Shown: in pieces, positions 1 to 11,463 of the stretch
How positions within the stretch are numbered: the stretch's first letter is position 1
Layout of the letters: each line of letters starts with the position of its first letter
Source of the DNA: Macrostomum lignano
Lineage: Eukaryota
Reading direction: 5' to 3'
Assembly: GCA_002269645.1 (NCBI GenBank)
Contig: NIVC01001467.1
Location: 1-20,639 of the forward strand
Length of the DNA: 20,639 nucleotides
Notes under the pieces: generated by a model
The model's database searches: none
Told to the model about the DNA's origin: nothing
Seen by the model: the letters and a program-made list of their open reading frames with translations, nothing else
Made by a program: the position numbers and the translations under genes

Positions 1-204
1 ATCCTGACTGGGAAGCTATTGACTTTTAAAGCAGTCATTCTGCGGCTGTTTTTTTTATTGAGATCGAATTTCGGTAATTACCTTCTAAGACTGGATAGAT
101 AATGTGTTCTATTTTCTGTCACGTTTAATCGGGTTAGGAAGAAACATGATTACATGAACACTGGTTTGGAATTATTTCTAAGCAAGAAATTGTCAGAAAA
201 AAGG

Positions 205-1325
205 CGAGGAGGGTGGGGAGGAAGGAGAGAGAAGAGGGAGAGTGCTGGAGGAGAGGGAGAGGGCAGGAGGAGAGGGAGAGTGCAGGAGGAGAGGGAGAGT
301 GTGGCAGGAGGAGAGGGAGAGGGCAGGAGGAGAGGGAGAGGGCAGGAGGAGAGGGAGAGTGCAGGAGGAGAGGGAGAGGGCAGGAGGAGAGGGAGAGGGC
401 AGGAGGAGAGGGAGAGTACAGGAGGAGAGGGAGAGTGCAGGAGGAGAGGGAGAGGGCAGGAGAAGAGGGAGAGTGCAGGAGGAGAGGGAGAGGGCAGGAG
501 GAGAGGGAGAGGGCAGGAGAAGAGGGAGAGTGCAGGAGGAGAGGGAGAGGGCAGGAGGAGAGGGAGAGGGCAGGAGAAGAGGGAGAGTGCAGGAGGAGAG
601 GGAGAGTGCAGGAGAAGAGGGAGAGTGCAGGAGGAGAGGGAGAGGGCAGGAGAAGAGGGAGAGTACAGGAGGAGAGGGAGAGGTCAGGAGAAGAGGGAGA
701 GGGCAGGAGGAGAGGGAGAGTACAGGAGGAGAGGGAGAGTGCAGAAGTGAGGGAGAGGGCAGGAGAAGAGGGAGAGTGCAGGAGGAGAGGGAGAGGGCAA
801 GGAGAGGGAGAGGCAGGAGAAGAGGGAGAGTGCAGGAGGAGAGGGAAGCAGGAGAAGAGGGAGAGTGCAGGAGGAGAGGGAGAGTGCAGGAGAAGAGGGA
901 GAGGGCAGGAGGAGAGGGAGAGGTCAGGAGAAAGGGAGAGTGCAGGAGGAGAGGGAGAGGTCAGGAGAAGAGGAGAGTGCAGGAGGAGAGGAGAGTGCAG
1001 GAGAAGAGGGAGAGTGCAGGAGGAGAGGGAGAGTGCAGGAGAGAGAGGGATAGTGCAGGAGGAGAGGGAGAGTGCAGGAGAGAGGGAGAGGCAGGAGAGA
1101 GGGAGAGTACAGGAGGAGAGGGAGAGGCAGGAGAGAGGGAGAGGCAGGAGGAGAGGGAGAGGCAGGAGGAGAGGGAGAGTGCAGGAGGAGAGGGAGAGTG
1201 CAGGAGGAGAGGGAGAGGCAGGAGGAGAGGGAGAGGGCAGGAGGAGAGGGAGAGGGCAGGAGGAGAGGGAGAGGGCAGGAGACGAGGGGAGGAGGAGAGA
1301 GGGAGAGTGCAGGAGGAGACAGATA
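205..1325 (+). repeat. 19-bp polypurine minisatellite, unit GGAGAGGGAGAG(G/T)GCAGGA, roughly 55-60 copies, with 18-bp variants toward the right end
   Basis: Directly visible tandem unit. The 19-aa periodicity (EERERAGGEGEGRRRGRVQ) of the ORFs in several frames follows from a 19-nt unit that lacks stop codons. Confidence 0.97.
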
Positions 1326-3260
1326 CTCATGTAGAAAGTGTGGGGAAGAGAAGTCCAAACAGAGAGCCGAAGAGTGGGAGCTGCAAGACAAGTCAGAGAC
1401 AGGCAGGGGGTCCGGCACAAGGAATGATGATTAGCTGCATCATCGATTCGCGGAACTCAAATCGAGGGCCAAAATTCGATGGGTGCTCAGTGCGAGTATA
1501 GAAAATCAATAATTTTTATTTAAAACACAACCCATACTTTACCAAGCACCGAAATGCCTTATAGAGTTTCCCAAAGGAGAAGAAAATGATGAACAAGTTT
1601 CCAGGTCCCCTGTCGGAGTTGTAAGTCATTTTCAAAAGAAAAACAGAAAAAACACCCAGCAACTGAGCGGAGCTGAGAGTCCGGAGACATGCGATCACAG
1701 TTTTCTTATCGAGCTGTGAGATCGCTTTTTCCCAGAAAAGAGGATCGAGCTGGAGTCTCGTCGAATGAGCGAGTGCGAGCGAGTGAGTTCCTTTGCTACA
1801 GCTTTGCACCCTCGGGGGAAATGTTTGGCCCAGCTGAATAAGTGGTAGAAGAGCGGCGCTTTTAGTCAATATAGCCGCTCTTCAAGCCCCGATAGCTACT
1901 CGTACATAAAACGAAGTGCACGCATTGGGGATTAGCTTCCTTTTATATACGAGCAAAATTTTAATCGATGACTAGTCAACTCTAGGCGTTGTTTGCAGCT
2001 CAAGAATTCGAAAATTGCTCTATAGTTTCTCGGATACGAATTGAGATCAAAAGTACATCTACACTCGCCGATTCTGTCAAGTTCGCCTCGAGGCCAATGT
2101 TTTTGCGCTGCAAAATGCATTAGCAAATTGAGAGCGTTCAGTTTTTTTACCAGGCCCTGAATTTAGAAAATCTCAACTTTTGGAATTCCGAATGGCGGAC
2201 AGAATGAGCATACGCATTGTCCGAAATGCACGGTTTTGAACGAGTATCGGTCGCTGAATGAGGTTCCGCCATAGACCAATTTCGGCTGGGAAGAATCTGT
2301 GCTAGAAACGAAAGAAGATGACATTTCGACGCAAATTTTAAGTGCACCCTGGAAACGAAAGAAATATTTTTTTCGCATGTAATTTTCCGCTTTGAAAGTG
2401 CGTTCCATTTTCCATAAGACTCGTCGTTGGTAGCCAAGCCTGTTCGCTAATCCGAGGCCAAGACACAATGGCTAAAGATTTTCCGTGATCAGTCAAATTG
2501 AACTGCCTGATATTCTTCACACAGACGCTTCTCGCTTGTCGAATTCCTGTTTGTAGAAAGAGAAGAAAAAAGTAAGGGGACTAACCCGCATGTAGATCGA
2601 GAAGGAAGGTCAGAAGAGAGTGAAAGCAAACACCACAGCAACTGCTAGGTATTGATCGAACAAGGGGGGGGGAGAGAAAAAAGCAGAGAATGCTTTGCGC
2701 TTTCGAGTCAGCTTTACAGGCAGTCGTATGGCTGCCTGCCAAGCAAGTGCCCGCTCTTTTTTCTCAGCATTTTCCCCCAAGAAAAGTTCCGTCAGTCATT
2801 TTGCTCTTGGCTCAAGTGCGTCCATTTTATCAACAAATCATTAAGTATTGGATTTTGAGAATGATTTTCTTGACTTGATCACTCCTTCTCACAGTTGTGC
2901 AAGCCTTGGACCATAGACACGCAATAGCTGATTTCATTGGAAAAACATGAATATGACGACGAATAAGCAGTCATAAAAGCTTTACTACAGGTCAAGATTT
3001 ACCGGATGATAAGCAATGGAAAAGTACGACCTAATTTTGGTTGCCATCGAGAGAGGTGACAGTGCTCATCAGATTGTGCGATGGCTGTGTGTAAAGAGAA
3101 AAGCTTTGAAATCTGTTGCTGTTTGACTGTTTCGATTCGTTTTTTCATAACAATTTCATAAAGATGCTTATTAGGAAGGCCAAGCTTACACTCAGAGTCA
3201 GCAGGTCATTCCATGGCTGTTCCAAAGCAACATTATATATAGGCGACTGGCTAATACTTT

Positions 3261-3266
3261 TTTATT
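3261..3266 (-). terminator. Candidate polyadenylation signal (AATAAA) of the LRR receptor gene
   Basis: TTTATT on + at 3261-3266, about 210 nt downstream of the LRR stop codon at 3476; first canonical hexamer seen after the stop. Confidence 0.4.
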
Positions 3267-3475
3267 CAACAAGAGCTTCAATTTAAAAAACCGCATTCAT
3301 TGGATTTGTACATAAAAAATCCTTTCAGTTAACTGCTTGCTGTGTATATTTCTGAGGTCCGTCTTAGCAGGATCAGAGACTTTCGAACTGGTAAAATGGT
3401 TAAATATTGATGAGAGGTACAGGAGGAAGAAGAGCTACATGATGCAGTTAAAAAACCTAGGAGCACAGTTAGTAG

Positions 3476-5915
3476 TCACACTTCGATAATACATTTCGAC
3501 GTCGCACTGAATCGGTCACGTCTAGATCGAGCCGAAGCTGCTGCGGTTGTCGATGTTGGCGAAGCTAGCTGCTGCCGCTGCTGCACCAGCACGGAGCCCG
3601 TGCTGCTCCCGACGTCTCTCTCTCCGTCGTCGTCTTCGCCGGCGCTGTCACTTTCGTCGCCGCCGCGGCACAGCGCCGCGTACACGATAGCAGCAATCAA
3701 CAGGATAAACAAGGACGCGGCGACAGCAATGACGGCTGGAATCCGGCTAAACTGTGACTCGCAGCTGGCCAGCTGAAGGTCCAGCACTGGCCGGTTGTGC
3801 AGAGCGCTGGGTGAGGCGCAGCGCAGTTGACGCGAGTGCAGCCCGACCACGGACACGTTGGTTGCCAGGGCCCAACGCCAGAAATGACGCAGTCGGCCGC
3901 AGTCGCAGCGCAACGGATTGCCAACCAGGTCGATTCTGCGCAAGCCGAACAGCGAGCGCATGGCGTCAGCGCTGACGCTGGAGATTCGCGCCGACCGGAT
4001 CGACACGTCGCGCAGGTGGCTGGCTGAACGGAAGGCGTCGCTGTCGATGTCTCTGATCGGATTGTAGTCAAGCGCCAGACGTCGTAGAGAACTCGGAAAG
4101 ACAACGCCGGGCCCGGGCGGCTGGCGGATGTTGCAGCGGCTGAGCTCAAGCTCTTCAAGCTCGTTGAACTCGCGGAACAGGCCCCAGTTGTTGTTTTTTA
4201 GGTAGGCAAAGATTTCGTAGCGGTTGAGCTTGAAGACGCGCAGAGAGCTGGCTAGCCTATCCAGGCTGGACTTGAACAGCGCAAGAGTTCGCGCCTCCAT
4301 GGGGTTGTCGCTCAGGTCCAGCAGCTGCACATTTGTGCTGTGCAGGAATGCCTGCGTATCGATAGTACTGATGTTGTTCACGCCGACGTGTAGTTTGCTG
4401 AGGCCAGTGGAGCCGTAGTCAGCGAGTATCTGCAGCCGGTTGCCCGTCATGTCCAGCTCTTCCAGCTCCCTGGCTCCCAGGTCCAGTGGCTCAATCTGAG
4501 GAAATCCATTCCAGCTGAGGTTGAGAAAGCGCAGATGCGGACAGTCCCGGTCAGGTTGTCCGGAATCTGGCTGATCCGGTTGCGACTGAGGTCGAGTCGA
4601 AGCAGTTTCGGCGAGGCGGCAAAAATGCCAGCCAGATGCTCGCGCCGCAGCTCGTTGCCGCCGAGGAGCAGCTCAGTGAGGCCCGAAATTTGCTGCCGAG
4701 TTGGTCGGAAATCCTTCAGGCCGTTGTCTCGAAGATCCAGCGACTGGAGGCTGGCGAAGCGAGTAAACACTGATGGGTGAAGATTGTGCAGCGAGTTTCG
4801 GCCTAAACTGAGCCAACGGAGATTCGCCGGCAGGCGGGTTGGGTCAACGAAAATTGTTAAAAGATTGTGCGACAGATCGAGCCGCATCAGGTTGTTGAGA
4901 TCGGATAAGTTTGGTATTTCGGTTAGACGATTGTCGGACAGATCCAGCTCAGACAGTCGCGTCAGACTGTTTAGAGCGCCATTCTCCACGGTTGCTATGG
5001 CGTTGCTAGCTAGGCTGAGGCGTCTCAGGCTGTGCAGGCGGAGGTCGCGGCCTCGGAATGCGTAGGCGGGCAGGCGGGCCAGTCCAAGCCTTCGCAGACG
5101 CAGTTCGTCAAGATCACAGTCGGCACTGACAGACCTAAGCAGTGGTTTGAGCGCCCCGCTACCCGTGTAGGACAGAGCCGGGTTGCCGGATAGGTCTAGC
5201 AGGGCCGGACAGCTCGCCACGGGCCAGCGAAATCTGCTGTCCACCGACTCTAGCAGATTGTGCGATAGATCTAAACGAGTGTCGCGATTCAACTGACGAG
5301 CCGTCATCACGGGCGGTCTTTCTAAGGCGTCGGTTGATGACCAGGTCTGAGACTGAGAAGTCACCGAGCGCAACCGATTGTGCGACAAGTTCGCCTCGAA
5401 CCAGACTGGTAAATTATCGAGCAAGTCAAACGGCAGCACGCTCAGCATGTTGTGACTCAAATCGATGATTCGCAGATTAACGCAACTGCTTAGATCTTTG
5501 GCGTCCAGGTTCTGCAGTCGGTTGTGCGATAGTCTCAGTTCAACAAGATTGGCAACGCGGTGAATAAATTCTTGTTGAGCTTGGTGATTGCGTTCTTCGA
5601 TGCGGACAGAACACGCAGATGAGGAGCGGACGCGGCAATGCTGACTGGCAAGTCTGCTAATCGGTTGTCGTCCAGATTCAGCTCAAGCGTGGCAGGGTCC
5701 AGCAGGTCGCAGGGCACCTCCGTGAGACCTTTTCCGCTGCAGGTAACTGACAGAACCGCTGTGCTTGGCGCCACCGCGGGGTGGGGCAGCTCGCACCAGC
5801 ACCTGCTCGGGCAGCGGTAGCCCAGGTCGCCCGCCGCGATGACATCCGCCAGCCGAAGCGATGACGCTTCGTAAAGCTGCAGCAGGTGGACCAGCAGCTG
5901 CAGCAGGGCTGGCAT
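3476..5915 (-). CDS. Intronless type I membrane leucine-rich-repeat receptor (signal peptide, LRRNT, ~22-24 LRRs, LRRCT, TM, ~60-aa tail, no TIR); ~813 aa after repairing two -1 frameshifts at ~5550 and ~4548
   Basis: ORFs 5535-5915, 4447-5460 and 3476-4450 join into one LRR series if one base is restored at each junction (...LFTALP-NLVELRLSHN...; ...PDNLT-RDCPHLRFLNLSWN...ELEELDMTGN). LRRNT CPSRCWC...VTCSGKGLTEVP; LRRCT GNPLRCDC...LRCASP...SC; TM IPAVIAVAASLFILLIAAIVYAALC. 2440 nt + 2 = 814 codons. Confidence 0.88.
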
Positions 5916-8209
5916 CTATGGCCCTAAATTATTCAAGCCTTTCACGACATCGCAGCGCGCTTGCAGCACGACCAATGAAGTAGTTTGTTATACGAATCTC
6001 TTCAACTGCTGCTGGTTATTTAAGAAATGTAGAACTCCATACCTACATGTAAGTAACAAAACTGTTTTTATTCTGCTCTTAAAGAAACATGGCATGGAGA
6101 AGCTGAAGCAACTGTCTCTCAGCCAATGGCAGCGCGTTTACTGGACAAGGCATGCCTGTAAATACCGACTTTCCATTGGGTTTAGCTAGCAGCTTAATGA
6201 AGTGGCCTTTAGGGAGGCATAGGAACCTTTTTCTAACCCCAAAATGCAATTTTGGAATGTGGGGTGGATCGGATGTCGCACAGCTTGGCATTATTTTGCC
6301 ATTATTTTCTGTAGGAAAAATGCCTGAAAATTTTTTTTCTGCGCACTTCAGAGGCAAAACAATTAGTAGCACTGCTTTAATAACCTTTTGTTGCAACGGT
6401 CAAGCGTTCTGCTGATTAATTTATTACACTGAAGAAATATTAAATGACGCTTATTCAAGCTTTAGACAGTGGACTAATGCATTGGTATAAAACAATATTC
6501 GTGCAAGCATAATATATAGGAATGAAAAAAAGCATGGTTCATTAATACTATAGGACAGCTGCAATATGCGCACAAGAAGGAAGCAGACAATTACACCTGC
6601 TGTGGATCGCCTTAACAGAGAGAGAGAGGAAGTCTTCTAGGGGAAAAACTGATTGGTCCAATTAAAAAGGCAGCTCCTTTTTACAAGGCGCAAGAGGCAT
6701 CTATAGGAGTCTGGGGAGTTTCTTACTTTACTGACTATACTAGGGAGGCTTCTGCTAACGCATAGCAGCCACCGCTCATTAATTATGCTTTGATGACGCG
6801 TGCTCAGCAGTGGTGGATAGTAGTGCATTACTAGCTGCGCATTTTCTCAAAGAGCCGTGGAACTAGCATACTAGTTTAATATCCACGAGCACCTGATTGC
6901 TTAACTTGCTTTAATTCACAAACTTGGAAAAGTTTCTTCGACCTAAAGGAATCGGAGACAACTCGTACATATATGCTGTCATTATCTCATTATATACCTA
7001 TGTAATGTTCCAGCACAGTTAATAAAGTATTTTCGCAGACAATATTTATTTGCGATCGCTTCGAATCTTCATCCATGGTAAACGGATTGGCTGGGGCAAT
7101 CAGCACAAACTCTGCAGAAGTCCGCCAGCCCGCCACACGTCCTTCGGCAATCTCCTCCCTGGCCTTCTCCTTAGCCTGAATCAAACCGAACGAGAAGGCA
7201 AGTAATAATTTTTTTCGTCCTCGCATATAATCAATCGAATTATGACGGTTGCCGATCTCCCAGAACCGTACGCCCATGCCCCTTGTGAGCAAAAAACTTT
7301 TCTACACTTAGTCAGTAGCCTCAGCTCGCTGAGCAATAATTCGACTTTCTTTTTCTGCACATCCGATGAAGCATGTGCTGAGTGAGTTTTCTTAGAATAT
7401 TCCGCCGGACCAAAAAGTTTTTTTCTTGCTGTAAACTTCTGCTTGACCTCGTTATGCTGCGGAATTCCTTCGACGGAATTCTGGCGAAAAATGTTATGGG
7501 CATGTAGTAAAAGTTTTACGAAGCCTGCAGGTTACTTTTTAGTCCGAGGTCAACACAGCTCTCACTGTGCCCGGCAGTTGCATACTAATCTTCCATTAGC
7601 TGTGTGACAACTGTCTCTCTTGATTGCCTCGCAAAAAAAAATATTGAAAGCGACTTTACACCGACTGGAACCTGATTAGTTTTGCATACTACTGAGAAAT
7701 GTTTTGCGCCCTGTAATCATCATCCCATCGATTGTACTAATGATGAAAAATCAATTAGAAATTTTTATCTTGCGATTAATTTGTCAGTCCATTTCTGTTC
7801 TCAGTTGCTTATTGAGAGCAGGGAGTTAAAGTTTCAAGCTAACTATACAGCACTTGCGTTGCTGTCAATAACGCATTTATGCAACTATGAGACTATACGA
7901 GAAGTTACCAACTTATTTCAATTTTCCATAATACTTTATGCTGCAAATCAATACAAGTTTATAACCAAACTTAGCCAAGACTGCTGAGTTGTAGAGTACA
8001 TACTGCCAGTCATTTTTTGCTAGTCATTATTCGCTCGCAGCGCTAAAATTGATCTGTAGTATCGCGTGAAGCGCCTAGTTGTTGGGAAGGCTATACAGCT
8101 GTTAGTATTTTTAACAAATGCGCAACGATGCTGACTACTTAGCGTCTTATCGTATAAATAGTAGTATTTACCCCAGTTTTTCCAAAGTTTCTACAATAAG
8201 TCAAGCAAT

Positions 8210-9867
8210 CTAAATCTTCGTAGTAACAGATTCTTCCACCGGTATGTCGGTGCGGCTTTCCTCGGACGCGGTGAGACGCCTCCTTCTCTTGATCGCTGCC
8301 TCCAATAAGTCGTGCATCAGTTCGAAAAGCTCGCAGAATGTCAGTAAAGACATTCCTTAGTAGAGGCCCATTATTCCGCCTACATCAGAAAAGAAATTAG
8401 CGAAGCCATAGTCGATTGACAGAGTCACCCGATTGCAATTCTGCCGATGCGGTCTGAAGGTCACCTTGAGCAGATTGGCGTTGATGAAGGCTCCTGCAGT
8501 GCTTAAATTGGCACCCGCCAGGTAGCTTAGAGTGGGTTTACTCAAGTTTTGAGATCGAGCGTCGTTCAAAGCCTGATCGATTGTGCTAGCAACGAATGGC
8601 TCGATAGAGCTGTAAGTTGGCCAGTCCGAGTTGGAAATGATCGGATCGTAGTTGATGATTCTGCACGGGGCCAGCTTGCTGCATTGCGCTTGAGCCAATT
8701 CGCTGACCCGAGACAGATGGTCATTGTCGGTTAAGCGATCTGCCGCTAAATCGCCAACCTGTTGCAAAAAGTTGCTCTCATCGCCGGAAAGGTTGAACAA
8801 GTAGCGCCGACCTCTAACTGGCCAGGGCAGTGGACCGGCGTCCCCGCTGAGGTTCATGAGTGCCTGATACTGCTTGTGATACTCCAGGTAGTAGCAGTAG
8901 GAGTAGCTGTAGCTGTGGTTGTAGGGTTCTTGCGAGTACGGATTCACAAACTACAAATCGAAACTCGATGGACTGTACAGCTGCTCGGTCATGCCAATCT
9001 CCACAGTGTGATATCGACCTGGACCAAGCGAGAATGACGTCACGAATTCGGTCGGGCACTCGCCCAGTGGGCACAGATAGATTCGAACTCCAGCCCTACG
9101 ATCCGGGTCGTCGAAATCCATTCGCGACAAAGACCAATCCGAGACGGGGATGGGTGCTCCACCGGCGAACACCTTGGCTAGAATTGGCGGACCAGATGGC
9201 GAGGCCGAGAAAAATTTTTCGTCCGTCAGTAGCGTGACGGTGAGTCCGCCGGATGGGCCACTTTTAGACAGGTTGACTTTGATCAACTGATAAAATCATT
9301 CAGGACCCATCGCAAACGGCGGAGAAACACAGGATGGTGGAACTGGCTTGCTGTCACGGGATCAGAAGTAGGCAAGCCGTAATTGGAAACGTAGGAAACA
9401 TCCGACGCAATCAGTGACTGCTCAAGCCTGTGCGCGAATGCGTCCACAAGCAGCCGGTACTGGAGCGACTGGATGTATGCGAAGGTGTACCAGCGCTCGA
9501 CCTCCATCGGGTCCGAGCTGATATTCGCGGCCAGGATGATACGAGAAAACACCTCGGATGTGAGAAACAGCTGACAGTTGATTTCGGACACAGTATCGTT
9601 TATCGCCGCATAACTGGCAGATACGGCGATCTCAAAGCAGGCATATATATCGGGGTACTTGAACAGTACAGCGTTGGTGCCCAACGAGCTGGTCACCTGA
9701 CCGCTATTCAACTTGATAACGAAATCTGCGAAGCCTTTTAAGAACAGACCCAAGGATGCGAAATAAAGAAGTAGCCAGGAAAGCCTCACGTACAGAGGCT
9801 TTTTACTTATAGTACGACTCAATCCGTGAGTCGTGGTCTGTTTCGGAGCTACTTTAACTTGCTGCAT
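8210..9867 (-). pseudogene. Intronless DEG/ENaC (amiloride-sensitive sodium channel / ASIC-like) pseudogene, ~549 codons when repaired
   Basis: N-terminal TTTHG (HG motif), TM1 RLSWLLLYFASLGLFLKGF, FKYPDIYAC (FPxVTxC equivalent), SDWPT, and TM2 SDVGGIMGLY*GMSLLTFCELFELMHD. Lesions: 8-nt insertion 9287-9294 (frameshift), in-frame TAG 8951-8953 next to a 24-nt deletion relative to the paralogue, and TAA 8357-8359 inside GLYLG. Natural stop TAG 8210-8212. Confidence 0.9.
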
Positions 9868-10571
9868 CTACACGTGCTTAGAAATTCAAAGCTATAAATC
9901 CAAGTTACTCTAGGGAAGAGCCTAAGTAAATTTTGCAGCGAATATGGATTAATTTCTTCATTAATATTACAGATAGAGCAAGTTTTTGTTTGCGGAGGAC
10001 TCGGTGCAAACCGGCTTGTGATGTGTAAAGCTACCCGTTGCTATGCATGAAGGGTAGCTATACCGCAAAAGCAAATATCGTTATATAGTTAGTAATATAT
10101 ATATTTACGACTCGTACTTTAGGATGTTGAGCGTACTAAAGAGAGCAGTTGACATGACACCCGTTCAAAAGACTAAGTGGTTCTAATATATTTCGAAAGC
10201 TAGTGAGACTTAGGTGCGTAAAGAAAAGTGAGAATAAGATTGTGTTAAATCAACATGGGACAAAATGGATGGAGTTGTCTGCGTCTAGTTCACTGTTTTG
10301 TACTCCAAGCAGCTTTACTTTGGTTGACGTAGAGAATTGAAGTACGTTTGTAGAACACGACGTACTTCGAAAATTGAACAGGTACATGTAGCAATAGTGC
10401 CAATAAAAGCAGGCTTAGAACTGAATTTTCCAGGGGTTTCAGGGGGCTCAAAAAGACAATTGTAACTCCAACATGAATTGAAACGAAAGTTCTACATGAC
10501 CGCAACTGCATTGAACATGGATTGCAATATTGCAGCAAGAATCAGACGCATTTCTTTATTTAAAGATGATT

Positions 10572-10591
10572 GTTGACTCAGCTGAGTCAAC
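10572..10591. promoter_or_regulatory. Perfect 20-bp palindrome GTTGACTCAGCTGAGTCAAC holding two AP-1 sites / ARE cores around an E-box
   Basis: TGACTCA 10574-10580, TGAGTCA 10583-10589, CAGCTG 10579-10584; lies in the 1.1-kb region between the two divergent channel start codons. Regulatory function is inferred. Confidence 0.5.
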
Positions 10592-11463
10592 TGGCTGTTT
10601 GGGAGAAGTTGCAAAAAATCTATAGGGGCCAAAGGAACCCAGAAATTTAGCCAATGTATTTAAATATTGGCCCGATATTTAGTACAGAATTTTATTTAAA
10701 TAAAGCTATAGAAAATTTACTAACTTCTCTCAGACCCTGGCTGTGAAGCTTTGAGACCATCGTCTGTATATATATACGAGCATATAGGAATTTATTGTAC
10801 TCCCAATTATACCCATTCATTCTACGTACGTGTGTGTAGACGTTTACAAGAAACTAGTATGATCCAGCCGTGGCGGCAACAAAGTTTGGCTTATTTCAAA
10901 AAAGGAAGCGAACATAGCTAGAAAAGTGTGAAATTGAAGTATTTGTTCGTAAAGAAAAAATTCAACACAGTTTTACACAATGCAACAAGTAAAGGAGTCC
11001 CTCGCGCAGTCCACGTCCCATGGCCTGCCGAGGCTGGTTACAAAGAAGCCGCTCTACGTTCGCCTTCTCTGGCTGCTGTTTTTCCTCGCCTTTCTCGGCC
11101 TCTGCCTCCGCGGCTTGATAGATTTCGTTAAAAAACTGGAGAGTCGTCAGGTTAGCACAACTTTGGAGGCAAATGCGTTAGCCTTCAAATTTCCGGACGT
11201 GTACAAATGCATGGAGAATCCGGTTTCAACCAGCTATGCGGCGACGATGAGTAACCAAACACTGACGTAGCTGGTTCAAGGTACAATGCATTGATATTTG
11301 GGAGGTCAAGGCAAGGTCAACAGCAAGATGTCCTGATGAAGCTAGGGCAGTTGACATGGGCCCACGAATGTCCACGATAGATGAAAACGTGAGAATAGTG
11401 GAAGAATATGTATCTGCTACGCAAGATCAAATTAGCCACAGGAAAATAAGCAGTAGCAACAAG

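Noticed and set aside
134-1501. Long ORFs on both strands (198-428 aa; R/G/E-rich or L/S/P-rich)
   Set aside because: By-products of the stop-free 19-bp repeat; open in several frames at once, with no domain signal.
1440-3400. Short ORFs (60-117 aa) and short direct repeats such as GAAACGAAAGAA and GAGGCCAA
   Set aside because: No recognisable domain, splice pattern or terminal inverted repeat; may be old transposon debris but I cannot support that.
3697-5820. Antisense and alternative-frame ORFs over the LRR gene
   Set aside because: Expected shadows of a GC-rich CDS.
6040-6420. ORFs 6079-6396 (-) and 6152-6415 (+), and a possible ~36-nt GTAAGT...AG mini-intron on +
   Set aside because: No homology signal and no supporting exon chain.
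6990-7292. 100-aa ORF (-) with a GC-richer, coding-like core
   Set aside because: No recognisable family in any frame; could be an exon or transposon remnant; needs BLASTX or RNA-seq.
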